Shown: positions 1 through 6,996, counted from the stretch's first letter. The stretch is 13,905 nucleotides of DNA from Candidatus Onthomonas sp. (GCA_051866795.1 JBJDXT010000016.1:1-13905); one strand, 5' to 3'. A program made the numbers and translations. The notes: a model not told the origin generated them from the letters alone.

Positions 1-1
1 G

Positions 2-1177
2 AAAAAGGACGGCGTGCTTCAGTGCGTGTGCGGCGCTGAGGTGGATGTGTCCGGTCTGACCGAGGAGTCCACGGTGATCGTCACCGGCCTGCTGAACCAG
101 GAGGAGCGGGCCCCCGGGGGCATGGAGGTTCAGGTCCAGTCCATTCAGGTTCTCTCCCGTCCGGCGGAGCCCATGCCGGTGCCGGTGAACAAGTGGAAGC
201 TGACCCTCAACCTGGACACCGAGCTGGCCCTGCGGCCGGTTATCCTGCGGCACCTGAAAAAGCGCTCTGTGTTCAAGATTCAGGAGGGCCTGGGCAGGGC
301 CTTCCGGGAGTATCTCTCCGGGCAGGGCTTTACCGAGATTCACACCCCCAAGATCGTCCACGCTGGAGCCGAGGGCGGCAGCAACATCTTCCGGCTGGAA
401 TATTTCACGAAAAAGGCTTTTCTGGGCCAGTCCCCCCAGTTTTACAAGCAGATGATGGTGGGCGTCTACGAGCGGGTCTTTGAGGTGGCCCCCGTGTTCC
501 GGGCGGAGAAGCACTCCACTCCCCGCCACCTGAACGAGTACACCTCCATGGACTTTGAGATGGGCTATATCCAGTCCTTCTACGACATCATCGAGATGGA
601 GACCGGCTTCCTCCGCTACGCCATGGAGCTGCTGAAGAGCGAGTACGCCGATGACCTGAAGCGGCTGGGGGTCCGGCTGCCCGACGTGGAGCACATCCCC
701 ATCTGCACCTTCAAGGAGGCCAAGGAGCTGGCCTCTGCCAAGTATCACCGTCCCATCCGGGACCCCTACGACCTGGAGCCGGAGGAGGAGCACAACATCG
801 GCCGCTACTTCCAGGAGGAGTACGGCGCGGACTTCGTCTTTGTCACCCACTATCCGGTGAAAAAGCGGCCCTTCTACGCCATGGACGACCCGGAGGACCC
901 GAAATACACCCTGTCCTTCGACCTGCTCTTCCGGGGCATGGAGGTCACCACCGGCGGCCAGCGGATTCACGACTACCAGATGCAGGTGGACAAGATGCTG
1001 TCCAAGGGGATGCACCCGGAGGAGTTCCAGTCCTACCTGATGATTCACAAGCACGGCATGCCTCCCCATGGCGGCCTGGGCATCGGCCTGGAGCGGCTGA
1101 CCATGCAGCTGTGCGGCCTGGACAACGTCCGGGACGCCTGCCTGTTCCCGAGAGATCTGTCCCGGCTGGAGCCGTGA
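2..1177 (+). CDS. aspS: Aspartyl-tRNA synthetase, archaeal/type-2 (probably non-discriminating); 5' end lies outside the window
   Basis: The frame is open back to base 2, so the GTG at 14 is internal. Class II aaRS motifs are present: FRAEKHSTPRHLNEYTSMDFEM (motif 2), GMPPHGGLGIGLERL (motif 3) and GGQRIH. The C-terminal LFPRDLSRLEP tail is typical of archaeal-type AspRS. The gene lies directly upstream of gatCAB. Confidence 0.85.
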   Translation, partial: KKDGVLQCVCGAEVDVSGLTEESTVIVTGLLNQEERAPGGMEVQVQSIQVLSRPAEPMPVPVNKWKLTLNLDTELALRPVILRHLKKRSVFKIQEGLGRAFREYLSGQGFTEIHTPKIVHAGAEGGSNIFRLEYFTKKAFLGQSPQFYKQMMVGVYERVFEVAPVFRAEKHSTPRHLNEYTSMDFEMGYIQSFYDIIEMETGFLRYAMELLKSEYADDLKRLGVRLPDVEHIPICTFKEAKELASAKYHRPIRDPYDLEPEEEHNIGRYFQEEYGADFVFVTHYPVKKRPFYAMDDPEDPKYTLSFDLLFRGMEVTTGGQRIHDYQMQVDKMLSKGMHPEEFQSYLMIHKHGMPPHGGLGIGLERLTMQLCGLDNVRDACLFPRDLSRLEP

Positions 1178-1219
1178 GAACGGTTTCATTCAAATCTGGC
1201 AGTTGACGACTCCCTCAGT

Positions 1220-1257
1220 CATTTGCTTCGCAAATGCCAGCTCCCTCAAGGAGGGAG
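1220..1257 (+). other. Two short stem-loops downstream of the aspS stop (not a canonical terminator)
   Basis: catttgc-ttc-gcaaatg (1220-1236, 7 bp) and ctccctc-aag-gagggag (1241-1257, 7 bp). Neither is followed by a U-tract. A second ctccctc at 1210-1216 could pair with the same gagggag instead. Confidence 0.4.
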
Positions 1258-1269
1258 CCAGGGCCTGCG

Positions 1270-1294
1270 GCGGGGGCAAGCCCCCGCCCTACGG
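1270..1294. repeat. Single divergent REP-like unit (GC hairpin plus CCTACGG tail, reverse orientation)
   Basis: gcgggggc-aa-gcccccgc (1270-1287) is followed by cctacgg. The reverse complement reads ccGTAGG+hairpin, which resembles the GTAGGGGC-headed units downstream but is not identical to them. Confidence 0.4.
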
Positions 1295-1312
1295 AGAAGC
1301 AACATTTTAATT

Positions 1313-1382
1313 GTAGGGGCGCACCGTGTGCGCCCGCCAATCAAAGCCGGACGACAAACGGGCGAACGAGGTTCGCCCCTAC
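1313..1382. repeat. REP/REPIN-like inverted doublet 1
   Basis: Left unit: GTAGGGGCGCAC-cgt-GTGCGCCC (stem 1317-1324/1328-1335). A 24-nt spacer follows (1336-1359). Right unit: GGGCGAAC-gag-GTTCGCCCCTAC (stem 1360-1367/1371-1378, CTAC 1379-1382). The termini are the inverted repeat GTAGGGGCG / CGCCCCTAC. Confidence 0.7.
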
Positions 1383-1392
1383 GGGCCCTCAT

Positions 1393-1464
1393 GTAGGGGC
1401 GATTCACGAATCGCCCGTCGGAACGCTGACTGTGACCGGCGGGCCGTTCATGAACGGCCCCTAC
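1393..1464. repeat. REP/REPIN-like inverted doublet 2
   Basis: Left unit: GTAGGGGCGATTC-ac-GAATCGCCC (stem 1397-1405/1408-1416). A 24-nt spacer follows (1417-1440). Right unit: GGGCCGTTC-at-GAACGGCCCCTAC (stem 1441-1449/1452-1460, CTAC 1461-1464). The architecture and spacer length match doublet 1. A near-identical copy lies at 10895-10968. Confidence 0.75.
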
Positions 1465-1494
1465 TCACCTGGCCAACGAAAAGGAGTATCAAAT

Positions 1495-1782
1495 ATGAAA
1501 ATTACCGAAGAGATGGTGGATTACGTCTCCGTCCTTTCCCGGCTCAAGCTGCCCCCGGAGGAAAAGACCCGGATGACCGGCGAGCTGGAGCAGATCATCG
1601 GCTATATGGACATCCTCAACCAGTTGGACACCAGCAAAATCGAGCCCATGAGCCACACCTTCCCGGTGAAAAACGTGCTGCGGGAGGACGAGGTGGCGCC
1701 CTCCTTCCCCCGGGAGGCACTGCTGCAAAACGCCCCGGTGCCGGACGGCGAGGCCTATCTGGTGCCCAAGACGGTGGAATAA
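1495..1782 (+). CDS. gatC: Asp/Glu-tRNA(Asn/Gln) amidotransferase subunit C
   Basis: ATG at 1495 lies 8 nt after the SD AAGGAG (1481-1486). The 95-aa product MKITEEMVDYVSVLSRLKLPPEEK...EPMSHTF...REDEV is a typical GatC. The longer 1234 ORF start only adds translation of the repeat region. Confidence 0.9.
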   Translation: MKITEEMVDYVSVLSRLKLPPEEKTRMTGELEQIIGYMDILNQLDTSKIEPMSHTFPVKNVLREDEVAPSFPREALLQNAPVPDGEAYLVPKTVE

Positions 1783-1794
1783 GGAGGACGGAAG

Positions 1795-3270
1795 ATGAGC
1801 TTACTGGATTTGACTGCCCTGGAGCTGGGCAGAGCGATCAAAGCGGGAGAGGTCTCGGTGCCCGAGGCCACCCGGGCGGCCCTGGAGGCCATCCAGGCGA
1901 AAAACGCCGAAAACAACGCCTTTATCACCGTCCTCAACGACCGGGCCATGGAGCAGGCGGCGGAGATTCAAAAGAAGATCTCTGCCGGGGAGCTGACCGG
2001 CCCCCTGGCCGGCGTGCCTCTGGCCATCAAGGACAATATCTGCACCAAGGGGGTCAAGACCTCCTGCGCCTCCAAGATTCTGGGGGACTTCCGGCCTCCC
2101 TATGACGCCACCCTGACTGAGAAGATCCACGCCGCCGGCGGCGTGGTGCTGGGCAAGCTGAACATGGACGAGTTCGCCATGGGATCCACCTCCGAGACCT
2201 CCTTCTACGGCCCCACCAAGAACCCCTGGGATCTGGGCCGGGTGCCCGGCGGCTCCTCCGGCGGCGCGGCGGCGGCTGTGGCGGCCCGGGAGTGCTGGTA
2301 CGCCATCGGCTCGGACACCGGCGGCTCCATCCGCCAGCCCGCCAGCTACTGCGGCGTCACCGGCATCAAGCCCACCTACGGCACCGTCTCCCGGTACGGC
2401 CTCATCGCCTACGCCTCCTCCCTGGATCAGATCGGCCCCCTGGCCCGGACGGCGGAGGACTGCGCCGCCGTGCTGGACGCCATCCAGGGCAAGGACCCCC
2501 GGGACGGCACCAGCCTGGACGTGCCCTGCGGCCATCTGCTGGAACAGCTCACCGGCGACCTCACCGGCATGAAGATCGGCATTCCCGCCGACTGCTTCGG
2601 AGACGGCCTGGACAGCCAGGTCTCCGCCAGGGTGCTGGCGGCGGCTGAGGTGCTGAAAGCCCGGGGCGCTCAGGTGGAGCAGTGCAGCCTACCCATTATG
2701 GAGTACGTCGTCCCCACCTATTATATTATCGCCGCCGCCGAGGCCAGCAGCAACCTGTCCCGGTTCGACGGCGTGAAGTACGGCTGGCGGGCGGAGGGCT
2801 ATGAGGATCTGACCGACCTCTACAACAAGACCCGCACCGAGGGCTTCGGCGCGGAGGTGAAGCGCCGCATCCTGCTGGGCACCTTCGTCCTCTCCACCGG
2901 CTACTATGACGCCTATTATAAGAAGGCCCTTCAGGTGAAGGCGCTCATCAAACAGGCTTTCGACGCCGCCTTCCAAAAGTATGACCTGCTGCTCATGCCG
3001 GTGGCCCCCACCACCGCCCCCAAGCTGGGAGAGAGCCTTGCCAACCCCCTGCAGATGTATCTGTCCGATATTTATACCGTCTCGGTCAACCTGGCGGGCC
3101 TGCCCGGCATCTCCATCCCCTGCGGGCTGGACAGCAAGGGGATGCCGGTGGGCGCCCAGCTCATCGGCCCCGCCCTGGGGGAGGGCAAGGTGCTCAATGC
3201 GGCCCACGCCTTCCAGCAGGAGACCGACTATCACAAGCTTGCACCCGCTGCCAAAGGAGGTGACCGGTAA
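1795..3270 (+). CDS. gatA: Asp/Glu-tRNA(Asn/Gln) amidotransferase subunit A
   Basis: Amidase signature: [35 protein letters not shown]. The SD AAGGAGG overlaps the gatC stop. The product is 491 aa. Confidence 0.95.
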   Translation: MSLLDLTALELGRAIKAGEVSVPEATRAALEAIQAKNAENNAFITVLNDRAMEQAAEIQKKISAGELTGPLAGVPLAIKDNICTKGVKTSCASKILGDFRPPYDATLTEKIHAAGGVVLGKLNMDEFAMGSTSETSFYGPTKNPWDLGRVPGGSSGGAAAAVAARECWYAIGSDTGGSIRQPASYCGVTGIKPTYGTVSRYGLIAYASSLDQIGPLARTAEDCAAVLDAIQGKDPRDGTSLDVPCGHLLEQLTGDLTGMKIGIPADCFGDGLDSQVSARVLAAAEVLKARGAQVEQCSLPIMEYVVPTYYIIAAAEASSNLSRFDGVKYGWRAEGYEDLTDLYNKTRTEGFGAEVKRRILLGTFVLSTGYYDAYYKKALQVKALIKQAFDAAFQKYDLLLMPVAPTTAPKLGESLANPLQMYLSDIYTVSVNLAGLPGISIPCGLDSKGMPVGAQLIGPALGEGKVLNAAHAFQQETDYHKLAPAAKGGDR

Positions 3271-4703
3271 TGGACTGGGAAGTTGTCATCGGTCTGGAGA
3301 CCCATGTGGAGCTGGCCACCAAGACCAAGATCTTCTGCTCCTGCACCACCGCCTTCGGCGGCGCGCCCAACACCCACTGCTGCCCGGTGTGTACCGGCAT
3401 GCCCGGCACCCTGCCGGTGATGAACAGAAAGGTGCTGGAGTACGCCACCAAGGCCAGCTTGGCCCTGAACTGTGAGGTCACCCGGTACTGCAAGTTTGAC
3501 CGGAAGAACTACTTCTACCCCGACCTGCCCAAGGCCTACCAGATCTCCCAGCTCTATCTCCCCATCGGCCGCAACGGCCGGGTGCCCATCACCGTGGGCA
3601 GCGAGGAGAAGGTGATCCGCATCCACGAGCTGCACATGGAGGAGGACGCGGGCAAGCTGGTCCACGACAACTGGATTGACCAGACCCGGGCGGACTACAA
3701 CCGCTGCGGTGTGCCCCTGATCGAGATCGTCACCGAGCCGGACTTCCGCTCCGCCGACGAGGTCATCGCCTATCTGGAAAAGCTCCGCTCCACCCTGGAG
3801 TATCTGGGGGTCTCCGACTGTAAGATGCAGGAGGGCTCCCTCCGGTGCGACGTCAACCTGTCCGTCCGGCCCATGGGCTCGGTGGACTTCGGCACCCGCA
3901 CCGAGATGAAGAACCTGAACTCCTTCAAGGCCATCGCCCGGGCCATCCGCTACGAGGCCCGCCGCCAGCAGGAGCTGATCGAGATGGACCATCGCCAGGT
4001 GGTCCAGGAGACCCGCCGCTGGGACGACAACAAGGACGCCTCCTTCTCCATGCGCTCTAAGGAAAACGCCCAGGACTACCGGTATTTCCCGGAGCCGGAC
4101 ATCCCTCCCATGGAGCTGTCCGAGGAGTATCTCGCCCAGCTGAAGGCCGGTCTGCCCGAGATGGCAGACGTGAAGAAGGCCCGCTATGTCAAAGACTTTG
4201 GCCTGCCCGAGTACGACGCCGGCCTGCTCACCGGCACCAAGGCCCTGGCCGACTTCTTTGAGGAGACGGTGGCCTTGGGGGCGCCTCCCAAGGAGGTCTC
4301 CAACTGGATGATGGCTGAGCTGCTGCGGACGCTGAAGGAGAAGGGCATGGAGCCCAAGGACATGCTCTTTGCCCCGGAGACCCTGGCTGCCATCATCAGG
4401 CTGGTGGCAGAGGGCAAGCTGAACCGGAACACGGCCTCTAAGGTGTTCTCCGCCGTCTTTGACGACAACGCCGACCCGGTGGCCTATGTCAAAGAGCACG
4501 GCCTGGAGCAGATCAGCGACACCGGCCTGGTGGAGTCCACCGTGGCCTCTATTCTGGCGGCCAACGCGCCCCAGGTGGAGGAGTATTGCGGCGGCAAGCA
4601 GAAGGTGTTCGGCTTCCTGGTGGGCCAGTGCATGCGGGCCCTCAAGGGCAAGGCCGACCCCAAGGTGGTCAATGAAGTGCTGAGAAAGCAGCTCAACGGA
4701 TAA
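3270..4703 (+). CDS. gatB: Asp/Glu-tRNA(Asn/Gln) amidotransferase subunit B
   Basis: The N-terminus is typical of GatB ([25 protein letters not shown], with NRCGVPLIEIVTEPD further in) and the C-terminal part resembles the GatB/YqeY-like tail. The start overlaps the gatA stop (TAATG), and the SD AAGGAGG lies 9 nt upstream. Confidence 0.95.
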   Translation: MDWEVVIGLETHVELATKTKIFCSCTTAFGGAPNTHCCPVCTGMPGTLPVMNRKVLEYATKASLALNCEVTRYCKFDRKNYFYPDLPKAYQISQLYLPIGRNGRVPITVGSEEKVIRIHELHMEEDAGKLVHDNWIDQTRADYNRCGVPLIEIVTEPDFRSADEVIAYLEKLRSTLEYLGVSDCKMQEGSLRCDVNLSVRPMGSVDFGTRTEMKNLNSFKAIARAIRYEARRQQELIEMDHRQVVQETRRWDDNKDASFSMRSKENAQDYRYFPEPDIPPMELSEEYLAQLKAGLPEMADVKKARYVKDFGLPEYDAGLLTGTKALADFFEETVALGAPPKEVSNWMMAELLRTLKEKGMEPKDMLFAPETLAAIIRLVAEGKLNRNTASKVFSAVFDDNADPVAYVKEHGLEQISDTGLVESTVASILAANAPQVEEYCGGKQKVFGFLVGQCMRALKGKADPKVVNEVLRKQLNG

Positions 4704-4710
4704 CGAAAGA

Positions 4711-4759
4711 GAATGCAAAAATACTCGCCATCCATTTCGATGGCGAGTATTTTGCATTC
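4711..4759 (+). terminator. Long stem-loop immediately after gatB (probable terminator or RNA-stabilising hairpin, usable on both strands)
   Basis: gaatgcaaaaatactcgccatc / gatggcgagtattttgcattc forms about 21 bp with one bulged A and a 6-nt loop catttc. It starts 7 nt after the gatB stop. The U residues sit inside the descending arm, with no clean trailing U-run. Confidence 0.55.
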
Positions 4760-5156
4760 GGAAAACCACGGTCTATGCCAGTGGTTTAAAAGCTGAGACA
4801 GCCGTGCGAAGGGAGAGAGGCAGAGATGAGCGGGGCGTATGAACCATCTGCGGTGCTGTCACAAATATTGTTGTTTCCAAAAGATACCGAGGCGAACCGG
4901 CATGATTTGGGACATACTGTAAAAAAGAGGCTGATGCACGCCGGTATCAAGCTGCTATGAAAAACAGACGTACATGCAATGCGCGCTGCAGCAGTGTGAA
5001 ATGATAATATGCCGTAGGGAGAGACGGTGATCTTCCTGACCGTGCCTGACGGATTCCACAACGGGTTGGTTTGGAATTCACCCCTATGGGTCGTATGGAA
5101 TGTACCACCCATCTGACAAAAAGAAAAACATCCCAGCCAATTTCTGCAACCCCTTG

Positions 5157-5227
5157 CAGCCGCCAGATGGCAAAAGCTGTCTGCCCAAAGGTGGATGGCA
5201 TTGGCGAATTTGGGCGGCTGATTTTTT
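5157..5227 (+). terminator. Terminator-like structure followed by a U6 run, just upstream of spoIVB
   Basis: cagccgcc (5157-5164) pairs with ggcggctg (5213-5220) and is followed by a-tttttt (5222-5227). An alternative inner stem pairs gcccaaa (5183-5189) with tttgggc (5209-5215). The enclosed loop is large, so this is not a textbook terminator. Confidence 0.3.
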
Positions 5228-5288
5228 GCCCGGCGGGCCATAGTAGCTGTATTCCGCTTCGGCAGGAGAGAGAAATGGGGGATGGAAA

Positions 5289-6347
5289 TTGAACGAGGAG
5301 AAAAATATCAGGCCATGGGTGATGACATTGGCCCGGATACTGGCAGTGCTGATGGCGGCAGCCTTTTTGACAGCAGGCCTTGCACTGTCCGGAGGAGGAC
5401 CGAGCCAGGCCTGTATGGGAACCGGAAAAAAGCTGATTCCCGTGGGCCAGACGGTAGGCATCAAGCTGTTCGCCAGGGGAGTCATGGTGGTGGGTCTCTC
5501 GGATGTGACCACAGAAGAGGGGACTTGCTCTCCAGCTAAGGCCTGCGGCCTGAAAACCGGGGATATTATCACACACATCAACGCAGCACAGGTGGATACC
5601 ATTGAGGAGGTGGAGCAGCAGCTTCGGGAGTGCGGGGGAGAGCTGGAGATTCAGGCTACCCGGGGAACCAAACAGCTTACCCTCTCCGCACACGCTGTTC
5701 CCTGCCTGGCCGATGGCAGCTATAAGCTGGGGGCCTGGATCCGGGACTCTATGGCGGGCATCGGCACAGTGACCTTCTACGATCCGGAGACCGGCCGCTT
5801 TGCTGCCCTGGGCCACGGGGTCAACGATGTGGACACCGGCCTGCTTATGCCCCTTCAATCCGGCTCCATCATGCCTTCCTCGGTTACCGGGCTGGTGCCG
5901 GGAGAAAAGGGCTGCCCGGGAGAGCTCCACGGCAGCTTTGACCTGAATCGGGATCTGGGCCAGCTCACCGCCAACACCGATTGGGGGGTGTTCGGCACCC
6001 TGGAGGAGGACTGTTTCTCTGGGGAGGCGGTGGAGGTGGCCCGGCCCAGCCAAGTGAAGACCGGGGCGGCCACCATCCTGGCCAATATCCAAGGAGAGAC
6101 GGTGGAGGAGTACACGGCGGAGATTCTCCGGGTCTATCCTGCCGCCGGACCCAAGGGCCAGAGCCTGATGATTCGCATCACCGATCCCCGGCTGCTGGAG
6201 ACCACCGGTGGGATTGTGCAGGGAATGTCGGGGAGCCCGATTCTCCAGAATGGCCGGCTGGTGGGAGCGGTGACCCATGTTTTGGTCAATGACCCCACAC
6301 GGGGCTACGGCATTTTCGCGGAAGATATGCTGGAGGCAGCGGGATAA
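5289..6347 (+). CDS. spoIVB: Stage IV sporulation protein B, SpoIVB signalling serine peptidase (S55) with PDZ domain
   Basis: N-terminal TM segment (ILAVLMAAAFLTAGLAL). PDZ-like segment GLKTGDIITHINAAQV. Catalytic His context AALGHGVND and catalytic Ser context GGIVQGMSGSPILQNGRLVGAVTHVLVNDPTRGYGIF closely match B. subtilis SpoIVB. The start is uncertain: TTG 5289 has GGGGGA 6 nt upstream, and the alternatives are GTG 5319 and ATG 5322. Confidence 0.85.
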   Translation: MNEEKNIRPWVMTLARILAVLMAAAFLTAGLALSGGGPSQACMGTGKKLIPVGQTVGIKLFARGVMVVGLSDVTTEEGTCSPAKACGLKTGDIITHINAAQVDTIEEVEQQLRECGGELEIQATRGTKQLTLSAHAVPCLADGSYKLGAWIRDSMAGIGTVTFYDPETGRFAALGHGVNDVDTGLLMPLQSGSIMPSSVTGLVPGEKGCPGELHGSFDLNRDLGQLTANTDWGVFGTLEEDCFSGEAVEVARPSQVKTGAATILANIQGETVEEYTAEILRVYPAAGPKGQSLMIRITDPRLLETTGGIVQGMSGSPILQNGRLVGAVTHVLVNDPTRGYGIFAEDMLEAAG

Positions 6348-6363
6348 CAGAGGAGATTGTGTG

Positions 6364-6392
6364 AAGAGCGTGGGCGGGAGTCCACGCTCTTT
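6364..6392 (+). terminator. Stem-loop after spoIVB (weak intrinsic terminator candidate)
   Basis: aagagcgtgg (6364-6373) pairs with ccacgctctt (6382-6391): 10 bp with an 8-nt loop, 16 nt after the stop codon. Only two trailing T residues follow. Confidence 0.4.
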
Positions 6393-6996
6393 GCGATACC
6401 AAGACTATTTCCACCGATATAAAACGATAAAAGGTGATTGATACTATGTGAAAAGCGAGACTGATGACGATGACAGGTGGAAAAGTGATTTTCCTGCTGA
6501 GCGCCGGTTTGGCAATAGAGACCGTCTTTGTGTTTGGAAAGTAATGCTGGAATGCATCTATTGGCCAGAAAGGCAGTACACACGCCAGTGACCTTTCCTA
6601 TTTATGAGCGATTTGAAAAAGAACCTGACTGAGCTGGGCAAGCAGCCCTTGTTTACCGTGAGTGTATCGGCCCAAGGGGGTGCTGGATGGAGAAGAATTT
6701 CTGGGGGATGCAGGAGCAGACGTCTGAAAAGCTGCCGTACTAATCTGACGGAAAACGAAAAACAAAGGTTTTTCAAATGTTAGAGTGGGAAACCATCAGC
6801 GATTTTCCCGGAGGGCAGACAGCAAATTGCTAATTCTTCAAGAGAAAGAAGTACAAAAAATGGTACTTAATTCAGAAATGTGCAAATGAATGTCGAAAAA
6901 AGGGACGGGAGGTATCGGAAAGAGAGAAGGAGAGAGATGGGAGAAAGACAAAAATTTGTGTATTTTGTGAAAAAATAAAAAGACGGTCAGGTGTGG

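Noticed and set aside
193-483. Short same-strand and opposite-strand ORFs nested in real genes: 193-483, 945-1193, 2292-2648, 2981-3475, 3845-4060, 4459-4683, 5981-6292, 9952-10152, 10162-10671, 11812-12072, 12208-12616 and 13076-13702.
   Set aside because: All are out of frame with, or antisense to, confidently identified genes. They are Pro/Arg/Gly/Ser/Ala-rich, as expected from alternative frames of GC-rich coding DNA.
1203-1310. Possible internal promoter for gatCAB (TTGACG at 1203-1208; TTTAAT at 1305-1310).
   Set aside because: Neither hexamer has a partner element at 16-18 nt spacing.
1270-1464. Regularly spaced ~23-nt repeats with 24-nt spacers that superficially resemble a mini CRISPR array.
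   Set aside because: The units alternate in orientation (inverted, not direct repeats) and differ in sequence while keeping the hairpin. There are only four or five units. The same pair recurs as an isolated doublet at 10895-10968. No cas genes are in the window. REP/BIME-like architecture fits better.
1234-1494. N-terminal extension of the gatC ORF (1234 start) and the ORF 1326-2105, both translating through the hairpin array (for example ...GAIHESPVG..., ...GPFMNGPY...).
   Set aside because: The translated segment is exactly the palindromic repeat region. A good SD plus ATG at 1495 gives a normal-length GatC. The 1326 ORF is out of frame with gatC and gatA and is Arg/Gly/Pro-rich.
3231-4769. 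512-aa ORF antisense to gatB. Similar long antisense ORFs: 1801-2535(-), 2689-3234(-), 4947-6278(-), 7832-8986(-), 8820-9839(+), 9764-10786(+) and 11139-12662(+).
   Set aside because: These are shadow ORFs typical of high-GC DNA. Each lies fully opposite a gene with strong family motifs. Their translations are dominated by G/R/L/H/Q/P/V runs with very few Lys, Ile, Asn or Phe residues, no SD precedes their starts, and I recognise no domain in them.
4790-5230. Search for known structured RNAs: RNase P, tmRNA, SRP RNA, tRNA T-loop, T-box, TPP, cobalamin and c-di-GMP riboswitch signatures, and group II intron domain V. The 6348-7087 gap was searched as well.
   Set aside because: None of the signature strings I can recall was present on either strand (GAGGAAAGUCC, GGUUCGAAUCC, CAGGUCCGGAAGGAAGCAGC, the T-box GGUGGNACCGCG, CUGAGA with ACCUGAU, GCCACUG, ACGCAAAGC). 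Only loose resemblances were seen, such as aaaggtggatggcattggcg. This is an eyeball scan, not a covariance-model search.
4786-5241. 151-aa - strand ORF filling the gatB-spoIVB gap, with a hairpin just after its stop codon.
   Set aside because: There is no SD upstream of its ATG. The composition is rich in Cys, His, Trp and Phe and unlike the neighbouring proteins, and I recognise no motif. It is kept only as part of the unassigned-region finding.
5236-5245. Forespore-type (sigma-F/sigma-G) -10-like element GGCCATAGTA (contains CATAGTA; fits GGnnAnAnTA) 44 nt upstream of the spoIVB start.
   Set aside because: This is attractive because spoIVB is forespore-expressed in Bacillus. However, I could not find a matching -35 (GnATA/GCATA-like) at the required 15-18 nt spacing: only ggctg/gctga, while tgattt sits at 14 nt. 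It is a half-site match that could arise by chance.
6891-6897. Perfect Spo0A-box heptamer TGTCGAA (plus the near match TGTCGGA at 7039-7045) upstream of the CapD-like gene.
   Set aside because: A 7-mer is expected about once or twice by chance in 13.9 kb on two strands. Another copy (ttcgaca at 8043-8049) lies inside the CDS. There is no paired-box arrangement or promoter context to support function.
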